A stretch of DNA of 64,000 nucleotides from Eledone cirrhosa (taxonomy: Eukaryota), in contig OZ024742.1 of the NCBI GenBank assembly GCA_964016885.1, positions 294,934,001 through 294,998,000 on the forward strand, read 5' to 3'. The notes under the pieces are model-generated. The model searched no databases and was not told where the DNA came from. It saw only the letters and a list, made by a program, of their open reading frames with translations. The translations under genes and the position numbers were made by a program. Positions 12,103-26,069 of this stretch are shown here, piece after piece; position 1 is the stretch's first letter, and every line of letters begins with the position of its first letter.

Positions 12103-12427
12103 ATACTTTAATTCCTCTAGACCTTCATCATCACCAACACTCATTAACACCACACGCCACACCCCAGACACATCCAAATCTCTCTTATATATATAGTCAC
12201 ACATTTCAACACAACCTGATCCCAGTTTGACAATTGCCACAGACAGACGAATGCGAGAAAATTTTCCAACCCAAGTTAACCAGGAATCTCTAAAATTCTT
12301 CCCACCGATGTTAACAAAGAACTTACTGGATCTACCAACTCATAAAGTAGAAACAATTATATTATAACATTAAATCATAAATTTAACACTACAAGTGAAG
12401 TCATTCTTTTCCTTTTTTTCAAATATA
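11523..12427. repeat. Long inverted repeat (~375-bp arms) with a perfect 26-bp hairpin in the spacer
   Basis: 11523-11897 is the reverse complement of about 12041-12427; hairpin at 11986-12041. Confidence 0.93.
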
Positions 12428-12462
12428 CCTAACTGTACCAAGGATCTCACACATTTTCCAAT

Positions 12463-15400
12463 CATCATCATCATCATCATCATTTTACGTCCGCTCTTCC
12501 CTGCTTGCAAGGGTGGGACAGGTCTTATTCAGCACAGCATCTCTCCACTTGTCACGACCCTTCGTCATCTCCACCGTGAGCTTCAGCGATCTGAGGTCTG
12601 TTCTCACCACCTCCGCCCATGTTTTTCGTGGTCTACCTCTACCACGTCTTCCTACAACTGGCATTTCGTGGCACTTCTTCACCCATTGGTCATCCTCCAT
12701 GTGCATCACATGTCCATACCACCTCAGTCTCCTCTCCCATACACTACATTCTATCCCTCTCAGACACAGTTTCTCTCTCAACACATTCATGCTGGGTCAT
12801 TCACGCACATTGACACTGCACATCCAACAGAGCATGCTTGCCTCATTTCTCTCCAGCCATCGCATATCCTCTGCAGTTGCTGCTCATGTCTCACTACCAT
12901 GCAGCATCGCACTCCTCACACAGGCATCATATAACCGGCATTTCGTACGCAGGGAGAAACCCTTCTTCGTCAGCAGAGGAAGCAGCTCCCTAAACTTCTT
13001 CCAACCCATCCATATTCTAGATATTATGGCCGCAGAACACCCCCTCCCATGCTAATCTGATCTCCTAGGTACCAGAAGCTATCCACCACTTCTATAGCAC
13101 CCGCCTGCATTTGAAAAATGTGTTTATCAATGCGACTTCTACTGTCTAATTTCCCTGTACATCTACTGCATACATATTTCTCCCTACCTGTTAGTTTGCC
13201 TGCTATCCCGCTACATCTCTTGTGTACCCAGGATCTGCATTGTGTGCATTTTATAGAATTTATGCCAGTTCCTTTTCTGCATATCGAAAATGGCCATTTC
13301 CCTGACGGAATCAGAGTTTTGTCCTCTTTTCTACTCATCAACACTTTTGTCTTAGCTAGGTTCACTCTCAGTCCTCTTGCTTCCAACTGCTGTTTCCATA
13401 GCCAGAATTTATTCTCTAGCTCCTCTACTGATTCTACTATAAGAACCAGATCGTCAGCATAGAGAAGTTCCCATGGACAGCCAGTCTTAAACTCCTCTGT
13501 TTTGGCTTGGAGGACTATAATGAACAAGAGCGGGCTGAGGACCGAACCTTGATGTACTCCTACCTGTATCTGGAATTCCTCACTAAACACCATTCCTACC
13601 CTGACTTTACTGACAGTACCTCTGTACAAAGTTTGCACTGTCCTCACAAGCCATTCCTCAACACCTAGTTTCCTTAGGGACCACCAGATGACAGATCGGG
13701 GTATCCTATCAAAGGCCTTCTCTAGGTCAACAAAAGCTAAGTGTAGTGGCTTATTCTTCTCTAAGAACCTCTCTGGTAGTTGTCTCACTATGAAGAGGGC
13801 ATCTAGTTTGACCCTTTCTCTAATTACTTGTGCTAATATCCTTTCTGCCACTTTCATAACCTGATCCATCAGTTTTCATCATCATCATCATCATCATCAC
13901 CGTTTTACGTCCGTTCTTCCACGCTAGCATGGGTTAGACGGGTTGTCCTGTTGTGGGCAGTGTCTGGTCGGCTGACCATGCCTTGCTCATACAGGAACTG
14001 ATTTGGCTTGATTTCTACAGCTGGATGCCCTTCCTAACACCAACCTCATTTACAGTCAGTGCTGGGTGCTTTTTCGTCTTGCCTACACGTCCACTTTACA
14101 GTGTGGGCTGGGTGCTTTTTTGCCGTGGCACCTCCACGACCACCTTGCGGTGGGGGGAGTGGGGGCATATTGTCTATATGCTTCAGCTTTGGCTTGTACC
14201 CATGGGAGGTCGGGTACTCTGTATTACTGCGTGACGCCAGAAGTCACGGTCGTGTGTCATTGCCTTTGAGAGGTGTAATTGGGTAAGGTCGGCTTTTATC
14301 GCCTCATCCCAGGTCATCTTGGGTCTCCCCACTCCGCGGTTTCCATCAACTTCTAGTGCTCTGCACCTTTTTATGCAGCTGTCATCCTTCATTTTATACC
14401 CCTATAATTGCTCCTCTCCAGAGCATCCCCCTTACCTTTGTAGCAATTTATGAGAATACTGCTGCACCAGTCTTTGGGTATGACACCACCATATATAGCC
14501 TGATTGATGATGCGTGCAACCAGTTTAGTGCCTACATCCCCTGATGCCTTCAGCATCTCAGCAACTATTCCCGATGGTCCAGCAGCCTTACCATTTTTCA
14601 TTTCCTTAATTGCCTCTTGGACCCTATATTCGTCAATCTCAATAGCTGGTCCCTCTGTCGGATCTACTGAGGGTAATTTCTCTCTCTCCCAATCATTCTC
14701 CACATTCATCAGTCTCTCATAATGACATTTCCAGGCCTCCTCTTTCTAATCATTCGTGACACTAAGTACACCGGCATCATTCCGGACACACTTATCTCCA
14801 ACAACATCTTGTTTTGCATTGACACACTGCCTTGCAATGTGGAACACTGCATGACATTGATCTTCCCGTCGCAGAACATTGGCAAAACTCCTACTCTCAG
14901 CCTCCCTGCGTGCTAAGTACACCTGACGTCTAGCTTCTCTCTTAGCGGCTGTATATTCTTCCCTACTCCCACCCTTTTTCCAAGCCTTCCATGCTAGTCT
15001 TTTGTCTCTAATGGCCTTATCTAATGTGCTGTTCCACCACCAAGGTCACTCTCTGTCTGGTTGGAGCTCTGCTCCAGCCACAAGTTTCATCAGTAGCCTG
15101 CAGTAAGTTGTCACGTAAGAAATTCCAGTTATTATCTATGTCATACGTCTCTAAATCGTCTTCTTTTTCGTCATACACATCTTGAAGGGCTTTCCTAAAT
15201 TTGTATTTTAGTGAAAGGTCTTTTAGCTTCCAGACCTTTCTTCTCCACACCTTCCTGTATGTCTCAGTCCATCTCTTGCTTACTAAGATATCACTAACGA
15301 CTAACCTATGCTGTGGGGCACATTCTTCCCCAGGGTATGCCTTGGTATTAGACACTATCTGCCTGTCCCGCTGCCTAACTAGTAAGAGGTCAATCTGGCT

Positions 15401-16200
15401 TATGTGCGTGCCAGATTTGTAAGTTATTAGGTGGTTGGCAGGTTTCTGAAAGTTTGTGTTGCAAATAGTCAGTGTACTTGCATCACAAAATTCAAGAAGT
15501 CTCACTCCTTCTTCATTTCTTGAGCCATAACCATGCCCACCATGTACCCCAGTGTAACCATCCTGGAGATGTCCAACATGACCATTGAAGTCCTCTGCTA
15601 GCATAACGATGTCTCCGTCCTCTGTCATTACGGTTGTTTGTATAAGTTGCTCGTAAAAGCAGTCTTTCTCATCTTTGTCTAGGCCTGCTTGGGGAGCATA
15701 GGCAGAGATGATTGTCAGTAGTCTCCTGCCTACAACTAATCTAAGCTTAATTATTCGATTACTAACTCGAACTACCTTTATTGTCTTATTGCTCCATCTC
15801 TCAGCCATGAAAATGCCTACTCCCCGTAACCCATCATCCTTACCTACCCAGAAAAGCTTATATCTAAGATGTTTGCCTACGACTAGTCTCGCAGAGGCAC
15901 CTCTCCATCTCACCTCTTGCACGCAGCACACATCCACATGCCTTCTCTCCAGCATCTCCGTTATTTCAGCAGATCTACCTTTGAGAGTGCCAACATTAAG
16001 TGTTGCAACTCTGAGATGCGACGTCTTCATATTTTGTTGTTGTTCCTATCTATTTGTTGCTGTGCTGATAAGCGTTTTGGCATTGATACACTGGTTGGAT
16101 GCCCTTCCTAACACCAGCGCCACTTTCCAGCATGGACTGGGTGCTTTTATTTGTGCCACCAGCACTAGAGAGGATGTCTTACTAGACTCATTTTACAGCA
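12463..16200 (-). mobile_element. Near-full-length RTE LINE (family A): APE + RT + PHD-like insert; disrupted
   Basis: ORFs 15017-16030 (APE: VATLNVG, VQEVRW), 14389-14709, 13024-13869 (VHQGSVLSP, LLYADD) and 12485-12790; (GAT)n tail. Confidence 0.92.
13877..14392 (-). mobile_element. RTE family B 3' fragment nested inside the family A RT
   Basis: Near-identical to 30428-30940; splits the host RT at NYRGIK^LMDQ. Confidence 0.9.
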
Positions 16201-16320
16201 TGGTCATAAAAAATAAAAATAAAAAAAACACATATATATATAGGTTCATTCTGCAGTGTGATTAGGAGTGAAAGTATATAGAACAATAAGATGAATATAT
16301 GTATATGTATGTATGTGTGT

Positions 16321-17627
16321 CATCATCATCATCATCATCATCAACGTTTAACGTCCGTGTTCCACGCTTGCATGGGTTTGGACGGGGGTTTTCCCACTTG
16401 AGGCAAGAGTGATTGTCTTGCTCGCATAGGACTGTCTGGCAGGTTTTCTACAGTTGGATGCCCTTCCTAACACCAACCACATTTACAGTGTGGGTCTGGG
16501 AGGTTTTTACCGTGTTGCCTACACGGCCACATTACAGCGTGGACTGTGTGTTTTTTTGTCGTGACACCTACACGATCTCATTTGTTTCGGCCTGGATGGT
16601 GTGGCACCAACATAACTTTACATAGAAGGGGGCGGTGTGGATGGGGTGGTGGTGGTGGGACGGGGGTGTATTTTGTTAGAGATGCCTACTGACTGTAGTA
16701 GGTTTTACTTTGTATTTAGGTAAGGCGGGTCTTCTCTATTACTGAGTACCGCCAAAGGTCTCGGTCCAGTGACATTGTCTTGGTGAGGTGTAAGTGTGTG
16801 AGGTCGGAGTTTATCAGCTCGTCCCAGGTTTTTCTGGGTCTGCCTATTCCGTGGCTACCGTCTATCTTTATTGCCCTGCACTTTGTTATACAGCTATCGT
16901 CCTACATGCGCATCACGTGACTGTACCAACGTAGTCTTCTCTCGAGTAAACAACATCTGATCCCTCTTATTTCTAATTTTTTCCTTAGTTCGTTTATGCT
17001 TTGTTGTTCACGTATATTACTATTACACATCCAGCGAAGCATGCAAGCTTCGTTTCTCTCTAGTCTGCGTATATCCTCTGCACACAATGCCCAGGTCTCA
17101 CTGCCATGCAACATTGCTGTTCGTATGCAGGCATCGTACAGCCTGCCTTTCATTTTTAGGGAGAACCCTTTAGCGGCTAATAGTGGTATAAGCTCTCTGA
17201 ACTTTTTCCACCCAGTTCTGACTCTAGCTACTGTACTTTCAGAGCACCCTCCCCCACTGCTGATTTTGTCACCCAGGTAACGGAAGCTGTCCACTATTTC
17301 TATAGAACCCTCTGCGCAGTTGAAAGAGCTAGTATTTTGTGGGCACTTGCTGCTACTGATTGCCCCAGAACACCGGCCACATGTAAAATCTATGTTCTTA
17401 GTTAGCTTACCTGTGATCCCACTACATCTTTTATGCACCCAAACTTTGCATTTGGGACACAAAATGGAATTTCTACCTACGCCTTTCCTACACTCTGCAC
17501 ATGGCCACTTCCCGGAGGGGACCGCCGCCTTATTTTCTTTCTTACAAACTAGAACTTTAGTCTTAGCCAGGTTAATTTTAAGGCCTTTTGATTCTAGGCC
17601 GTGCTTCCATGTTTGGAATTTCTTCTC
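16321..17627 (-). mobile_element. RTE family C, 5'-truncated
   Basis: Near-identical to about 58800-60100; ORF 16902-17462; (GAT)n tail. Confidence 0.92.
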
Positions 17628-17699
17628 TGTGTGTATATATATATATTAATTATCTACCATCTTGAATGCTAATATACAAATTTGTAAATTTTAGGATAC

Positions 17700-18008
17700 T
17701 ACTATAAATGATAGGGTATATAAACCTGTATTGTCAATCCTGCAGAAAAAAAGGGTTTAACCCCCAAAGGATATTCGTGCTGACATGGTTGCTACATTAG
17801 GGAATGATGCTCCAGCTTTAGCAGTGCAAAAGTGGGCAGCTGAATTTAGGAGGGGAAGGGAAAGTCTTGAACATCCTACAACTGCCACCACCAAGGAAAA
17901 CATTGATTGTGTTCACCACATAGAGATGGATGACAGGTGATTGACTATAAATTAAATAGCCAATGCTATTAACATTTCCCATGGGAGTTGAGAATATTCT
18001 GCACAATA
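17700..18008 (+). mobile_element. Mariner transposase N-terminal fragment (degenerate)
   Basis: 'KKGLTPKDIRADMVATLGNDAP..VQKWAAEFRRGRESLE..PTTATTKENID' is a mariner HTH region. Confidence 0.75.
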
Positions 18009-18193
18009 TTGGTCAGCTGACCCTCATATAACAATCCACTCTTATGTTTAATTTATGGACTTGTCAGTAAATCATTGACTCGATTAAAGTCTCAAAAGAC
18101 ATCAGAGCAAAAAAAAAAAATAGAAAAACAACAAACAAAGCTGTAGGACCCTCATATGTCAAAATTGACAGAAGAATCCATTATTATTATACA

Positions 18194-19006
18194 TACGAGG
18201 TCTACCAGAAAAGTAACAGGACAGTGTGCTGTGTGAGCTATGAGTTGGGTAGGGATTAGCAAGTTGTGTCACCGTGTGATGTAATATCCAGGGAGTATAT
18301 AATTGCAACTTCAGCAACCATTGTAACCATTGTATAATTTTTCACGTGCTTTTCTTAACAGCTCCTCAATTTTAGGCCATCAAGTGATGAGCACAGAGCA
18401 ACGAACCCACCTGAATTTTCTGGTCTGGCTGGGAAAAACTCCATCAGAAGCACTTGGAATCACCCCAGGAGTGGAAGGCCTTCTATGAACAGCACTAAGG
18501 CCAATCATGAATGCATGAGGCAGGTGGTGTGTGGAGATTGTTGGGTGACTGTTCAACTGATCACAAGTGAGCAGAGCATGAACCATGACAGCATTTGGAA
18601 GATTATCACTGAAGATTTGGGCATGTGGAAGATCTGTGCAAAGATGGCGCTGAAGCTGCTGAAAGATGACCAGAAGGAGCAGCCCATGCAGGTGTGTGAG
18701 GACATCCTAAAACAACTTGAAACTGAACCAGATTTGCTGGAGAGAGTCATCTCTGGGGATGAGTATGGATCTTTGAATATGACCCGGAGACCAAGCACCA
18801 GAGCCATCAAGAGGGGCATGATGGTGGAGTTGCAGAGAATCTCTGGAGAATCTTTCAAGGAGTGCATTGAAGTGTGGGGGAGAAGTATGGGAAAGTGCAT
18901 TAGACACTTGAGGGAGCTATTTCAAAGGGGAAAATTTGTTTGTGGTTTGGATTTGAAATATTTTTGTTGGCAATTCCAGTCCTGTTTCTTTTCTGACACA
19001 CCTTGT
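18194..19006 (+). mobile_element. Internally deleted mariner element with TIRs
   Basis: TIRs tacgaggtctaccagaaaagtaacaggac / gtcctgtttcttttctgacacaccttg; 'IITEDLGMWKICAK...LLERVISGDE' retained, most of the catalytic domain missing. Confidence 0.8.
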
Positions 19007-19007
19007 G

Positions 19008-19043
<36 letters not shown>

Positions 19044-19405
19044 CCCCAAGAACTGATCTTTCAGATCTGTCTTGTTAACAGGATCTGGTGCCAGTATACC
19101 CTGTAAAGGCATTGCTGATAGGAAGGGCATCTAACAGTAGAAAACCATGCCAAAATTGGAATGAATAGAAACAAGATGTGCCACCACCACTCAGGCCTGC
19201 CCATCTGGAATGACAGTCCCTTCAATTATGTACTAACATGATCTGTAATGTTCCATCGAACCAATGCTGGCATGGAAAAGAGGATGTAAAATGATGATGG
19301 GGCGATATATTCAGGTGTGTGTTGGGGCTGGAAAAAATATCAAAAAGAAATAGCAAAAAATAGTTTCTCTTATGGAATAACAAATGACATATTTTGTCTG
19401 AAAGT

Positions 19406-19631
19406 TTAACTCTTTAGCATTTAAATTGACCATATCTGGCCAGAATTCTCTCACCTCCTTTTGTTCAAACCAATTGTAACTGGCCGCTCATACTGATGTT
19501 AAGGTATTGTTCCCAAAATAAATATCAACATTTCATAGATACGATATTATGTGAGATAATTATGTGAGGCAAAGCCTTTACCATGAAAATATAATAGTAT
19601 ATATAGAGTAATGTAAATGCTAAATGGTTAA
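19406..19631. mobile_element. MITE with ttaa-c..tttagcattta TIRs (piggyBac-like ends)
   Basis: TIRs ttaactctttagcattta / taaatgctaaatggttaa; copies at 43303-43502 and ~39775-39940. Confidence 0.65.
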
Positions 19632-19711
19632 ACATCTTTTCTCAAAGTTAAATGTAAAACAAATGAAAGGAACCATACCTTAATAAACTGTTGAATTAAC
19701 TGTTACATTCA

Positions 19712-19781
<70 letters not shown>

Positions 19782-20007
19782 GGCATTAACACGAGCAGAT
19801 TTCTTTACATGATCAGCTAGTGTTAGACATATATATGTGTATATATATATATATATTTCTTCTTTAATTTCTCATTCTTTCTTCTGATGAAGGACTAGCA
19901 TCCAAAACATTAAGACTCTTTTCCTACTTATCAAGCATAAAACTAATAATATATTTCTTCATTGTACTGTGTCATTTGCTTTGTTATTTCTGTTTGCTTT
20001 TGTATAC

Positions 20008-20085
<78 letters not shown>

Positions 20086-21425
20086 CTGTGTGTATGTATG
20101 TGAGCTTGTTTATATATATGTATAAATATATATATATATGTATATATGATGTATGATATATATATGTATGTATATATTGTATATATGATGGTGATAATGA
20201 TATATATATACACACACTGTTAAAGTTATGAAGAGGATGTATATGATGTGTATATGTTTCTTGGGCTTATACTTCTCACCTTTGCATTGCAGCAAACACC
20301 TAAAGATTCATCTATGCAATATGTTTTGTCAATAATCTTCTTATACCTAGTCTAGTAGATTGGAGAAGTGTGGAGTTTGGTGAGGAGGTAGTCACAGAGC
20401 AGAAAGGAAGACATGTTCACACTTGCTTTAGAGCAACTAAAATATCCATTGCGATAAGGACCTAAGCTAAGGGGCTCTTCTTCTTTTTTGCATATTTATA
20501 ACTTTATCCCTTTGCTTTGGTCATCAGAATAGTGTTGACTCAGGTCAGATTAAAGTACACTTAAGAGAGATATCTGTTGTTTTGTTTTCAACAGAAAGGA
20601 TTAGTTTTCGGTGTGTTTGTAGTTGGGAGATAGTAAATACCACTGTATGAGCAGACAGAAAAACTATCCCACTTTTTTGGCTTTATGGAGAGAAAGATTA
20701 GCTCTTTTATTTATTTATGTATTTATTTGTTTGTTTGTTTATTTATTTATTTGTCAAAAATAATATCTTTAAGAGCTATAATATATTTAAGTCATGTTTA
20801 GAAATGAATTTATTTAAGATAGTTAAATAGTTCTTTGATACAATAATGAAAGTATTAAAAAACAAAACTAAAATATTAAATGGGTAGATAGAAAAAAGAG
20901 AAAATAGGTGCATGGTGTCCAACGCTCTACCGATACTGCCAATCCACAATGTTATTCATTTATAGTTTCACCACAACCTTGAGACTATACACAATACAGA
21001 AAAATACACCCACAACAAATACCCTCACTACACAGGTGGACTATTATGCTCCAAATACTCTCACTACACAGGTTGACTATCATACACAAAATACTCTGCC
21101 AATGGGCCTCTGGCTATCTGTCACATAGAGCCCAGATAAAATAACAAAGGCTGGATTTCCTCTAGAACTTCAGTCATGAACACTTCATATTGTTTTATAG
21201 TGACCTAAATACTTCTCTCACTAGAGAACAGATTTTATTAGTTTGATGATATATTTAAATAATCAAAGAAGTATTTATTTTCTGATGAGGAGACAATAAT
21301 CTTTGAAATACTATTTCTGTGTACAGAACAAATTATTGAAAGTGAGACTTCATTCTTTTCACAGTGAAAGGTTCCAATTAAAAAAAAAAAAAAATCATAG
21401 TTCTTCTAATATATAGTGTTCTAAC

Positions 21426-21620
<195 letters not shown>

Positions 21621-21647
21621 ATTACATAATAAACAACACAATATAAT

Positions 21648-21721
21648 TATTCCATTACCAAAGGTTTCAGGAAACTAGATGATCCTTACAGAAACGTCCA
21701 GCTCGTTCATCAGATAAAATA
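21648..21721 (-). ncRNA. Type I hammerhead ribozyme motif (Penelope/retrozyme-like)
   Basis: Minus strand reads tattttat-CTGATGA-[imperfect stem II]-GAAA-cc-ttt-gg-TA^atggaata; stem I pairs 8/8 with two G-U; cleavage triplet GUA. Confidence 0.65.
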
Positions 21722-22524
21722 GTTAACTGGAATAATTATATTGTGTTGTTTATTATATTATGTCATTAAATAACTCTGTACAATACATAGAGCACACTTC
21801 TTTCCTTTACCTTTTCTATGGAAATACTTAACATATATATATATATCATCATCATCATCATCAATTAACGCTAGCATGAGGTCCTATTTTAAGGCAAGTT
21901 GTGTTGGGTGACCGTGTCTCGCTCAAATAGGGGTGCTTCTGGCTGGTTTTCTATGGCTGGATGCCCTTCCTATATATATATATATCTACATATATATATA
22001 TCATCATCATCATCTGTGTTTAACATCTATTTTTCCACGCTGGCATGGGTAAGATAAGTTGTCCTGTTGTGAGCAATGCAAGGTCAGGTGACCATGTCTT
22101 GCTCGTACAGAACTGATTTTGGCTTGGTTTCTACAGCTGGATGCCCTTCTTAGCGTCAACCTCATTTACAGTGAGTACTGGGTGCTTTTTGTCATGATGC
22201 CTTTATATATAGAATAACATATGCAAAGTTACTGATGGGTAAAGTACTACTAAAACCAACTGGTGTGGACATGACATGTCTAACTTCAGAATATGACAAC
22301 CTATTCAACACATGCAAGCATAAAAAATAGATGCAAAACGGTTATGATGATATGCAAGCGTGGAACAGAGACGTTAAACGATGATGATGATGATGATGAT
22401 GATGATATATATATATATATATATAACAAATCAGTATAGCAAAGCTACCACCCTGGTTACTACTCCTTAAGTTTAGACCTGTTTGATGGGTTGACTGCGG
22501 AAATTTGAAAAGTCTAAGCACTCA

Positions 22525-25500
22525 ATGACAATGTCACAGATAAAGATAAATTCACCTCCCGCTGCAAGACGAGAATACAAGGACCCCTCTTTATTTCAGA
22601 CACGGATGACCAACAAAATCCCGTCTCCCACACCCCTCCCTGCCCCTCCAACCCATCCATCCCACCCTCCCAACTTCAGAGTTGGTACCATGAACGTAGG
22701 CACATTGAAAGGTCGCCCAAATGAGGTTGTAGAGATGCTTGAACGTAAAGAAGTTGATGTTTGTTGTATTCAAGAGACTAGGTGGAGAGGGGGGGGGGGG
22801 TCTGCCAGATTCATCGTGGGTAAAGAACGATGCTATAAACTTTTCTGGGTGGGAAATGACAACGGACAGGGTGGTGTAGGAATTATGTTAGCTGAAAAAT
22901 GGGTAGATAAGGTAATTGACGTAAATAGAGTGAATGACAGAATAATTAAATTAAGACTAGTTCTAAATAGAACTACTGTGACAATAATATCTGCTTATGC
23001 ATCCCAATCTGGTCTACCTGATGTTATAAAGGACAGGTTCTATGAGATGCTAATGCACACTACCTCCCAAATAACCGACAGTGACTACTTAATTATTGCT
23101 GGCGATCTAAACGGTCACGTTGGATAACATAGTGATGGCTATGATGGAATCCATGGAGGCTTTGGGGCTGGAAATAGAAAAGAGGAGGGCTTCAGAATCA
23201 TGAATTCTGTGGCGCAAATAGCCTAACTATCTGTAACACAAACTTCAAAAAACGTGAAAACCACTTGATCACCTATAGATAGATTATATCCTTACTAGAA
23301 GACGGGACAAAATGTCTGTTGTAAACACGAAATCCCTCCCCTGTGAAGAATGCACCTCCCAACATAGCCTAGTAGTTAGTGACCTCATAGTCAGGAATAG
23401 ACGTACTCGACGACAGAGGAGACCTACCTTGAGGAGAAGAATATGGAAGTTGAAGGACCCCATAGCCAGTGACAAATTTAAAAGCTTATTATTTGATGCC
23501 TTTGACAATAAGGAAGAGCAATTAGAGACGTGCAATATAGAGGAACAGTGGCAATTCTTGAAAGTGAACCTGCTGAAAGCAATGGATGAAAACTGTGGCT
23601 GTAGCAGACCTATTGGCAGGAGGAGAGTAACTTGGTGGTGGAAGAGACAATCAAGGCCAAAAAGCAGGCTTGGAAAGTATGGCAGGATGGGGGAAGTAGA
23701 GAGCACTATCAAGTGGCCAGGAGAGAAGCTAGGAGACAAGTGTACCTTGCAAAAAGGGTAGCAGAGGATAGAAAGTTCAAGCATGTTCTACAACGTGAAG
23801 ACCAAAAACGTGAGGTGTTCAGGATTGCTAGACAATGTGTCAAGGAAAACCGGGATATTGTCGGGGAGAAGTGTGTCCGTAATGATAATGGTGTACTTGC
23901 ACTCACTGATACTGATAAGAAGATAGCCTGGAAATGTCACTACGAGAGACTATTAAATGAGGAGAATAAATGGGAAAAAGATAGTCTGCCCCAAATTGAT
24001 CCAATAGAAGGACCAGCGGTGCAAGTTAAAGGTAGTATAATAAGTAAGGCAATCAAAGATATAAAGACAGGCAAGGCAGCTGGGCCTTCGGAGATAGTTG
24101 CTGAGATGTTGAAGGCATCTGGTATGGCGGGACACACTATGGTCACCCGTATAGTTAACCAAGTAATACAGAATGGGGTCATACCAAAAGACTGGCGTAG
24201 CAGCAGCATCATTAACTGCTACAAGGGTAAAGGGGATGCTCTAGATAGGGGAAACTATAGAGGCATTAAGTTAGTTGACCAGGTCATGAACGTCACAGAA
24301 AGAGTTATAGCGCAACTAATCAGAGAGCGGATTGATCTAGATGAAATCCAGTTTGGGTTTGTGTGAGGTAAAAGTACCACAGACGCTCTTTTCCTTGTAC
24401 GACAACTACAAGAGAAGTACCTAGCTAAAAGTAAACCCCTCTACTTAGCTTTTGTAGACCTGGAGAAAGCCTTTGACAGAGTCCCCCGCTCCATTATCTG
24501 GTGGGCTCTTAGAAAACTAGGTGTAGATGAATGGCTTGTGAGAGCTATACAAGCTATGTATAATGAAACAGTCAGTAAGGTTAGAATTAACAATGAATAT
24601 TGTGAAGAATTTAGCGTAAAAGTTGGTGTCCATCAGGGCTCTGTTCTTAGCCCCCTCTTATTTATTATTGCCCTTCAGGCTATAACAGAGGAGTTCAAGA
24701 CCAGCTGCCCATGGGAACTCCTATACGCAGATGATCTAACACTCATAGCTGAATCAATGGCTGAACTAGAGAAGAAATTCGAAACATGGAAGCATGGCCT
24801 AGAATCAAAAGGCCTTAAAGTTAACTTGTCTAAGACTAAAGTTCTAGTTTGTAGAAAGGAAAATAGGGCACAGGTGCCCTCAGGGAAATGGCCATGCTCA
24901 GTGTGTAGGAAAGGAGTAGGCAGATATTCCATTTTATGTCCCAAATACAAAAGATGTAGTGGGATCACAGGTAAACTATCTAAGCACGTAGACTTTATAT
25001 GTGGCCAATGCTCAGGTGCAATAAGTAGCAAGTGTCCAAAGGATACTAGCTCCTTCTATTGCCCAGATGATTCTATAGAAATAGTAGACACTTTCCGTTA
25101 CCTGGGTGACGAAATCAGCAGTGGTGGAGGGTGTTCTGAAAGTACAGTAGCCAGAGCCAGAACGGGATGGAAAAAGTTCAGAGAGCTTATATCGCTGTTG
25201 GCCACAAAAGGTTTCTCTCTAAAAATGAAAGGCAGATTGTATGATGCCTGTATACGAACAGCAATGCTACATGGCAGTGAGACATGGGCATTGTGTGCAG
25301 AGGACCTGCGTAGACTGGGAAGGAACGAAGCATACATGCTCCGTTGGATGTGTAATAGTAATATACGTGAACGGCAAAGCATAAATGAACTAAGTGAGAA
25401 ATTAGGAATAAGAGAGATCAGATGCTGTTTACTTGAGAGAAGACTATGTTGGTATGGTCATGTGATGCGCATGAAAGACGACAGCTGCATAAAAAAGTGC

Positions 25501-26034
25501 AGAGCGATCAAAATTGATAGAAGTTATGGAGTAGGTAGACCCAGAAAAACCTGGGATGATCTGATAAATTCCGACCTCACACACTTACACCTCTCTACGA
25601 CAATGTCTCTGGACCGAGACCTTTGGCACTACGCAGTAATACAGAAGACCCGCCTTGCCTATGTACAAAGCAAAACCTACAGTCAGTAGGCACCTCTTAA
25701 TCAAATATACACCCCAATCCACTACCCCTACTCTATCCTCCCACTCCCACCAACAGCACGAGAAAATGAGATCGAGTTCGTGTAGGTGTCACGACAAAAA
25801 ACACACACAGTCCACGCTGTAATGTGGCCGTGTAGGTAACATGGTAAAAAGTTCCCAGTTCCACACTGTAAATGTGATTGGTGTTCGGAAGAGCATCCGG
25901 CCATAGAAAACCTGCCAGATAGTCCTATATGAACGAGACACGGTCACCCAACCAGCCTTGCCTCAAGTGGGACAACTCCCGTCTAACCCATGCTAGCGTG
26001 GAAAATGGACGTTAAACGAAGATGATGATGATGA

Positions 26035-26038
<4 letters not shown>
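22525..26038 (+). mobile_element. Near-full-length RTE LINE related to family C; multiple stops and frameshifts
   Basis: ORFs 22525-23127 (APE), 23312-23761, 23632-24366 and 24538-25689 (YADD); (GAT)n tail. Confidence 0.93.

Positions 26039-26069
<31 letters not shown>

Noticed and set aside
12395-17649. Plus-strand ORFs overlapping RTE copies (likewise 30864-31979 and the minus-strand ORFs at 57448-59431)
   Set aside because: Antisense shadows of LINE coding sequence.
19943-20295. ORFs rich in YI/HT/CV (also 27632, 46556, 56369 and others)
   Set aside because: Translations of dinucleotide microsatellites.
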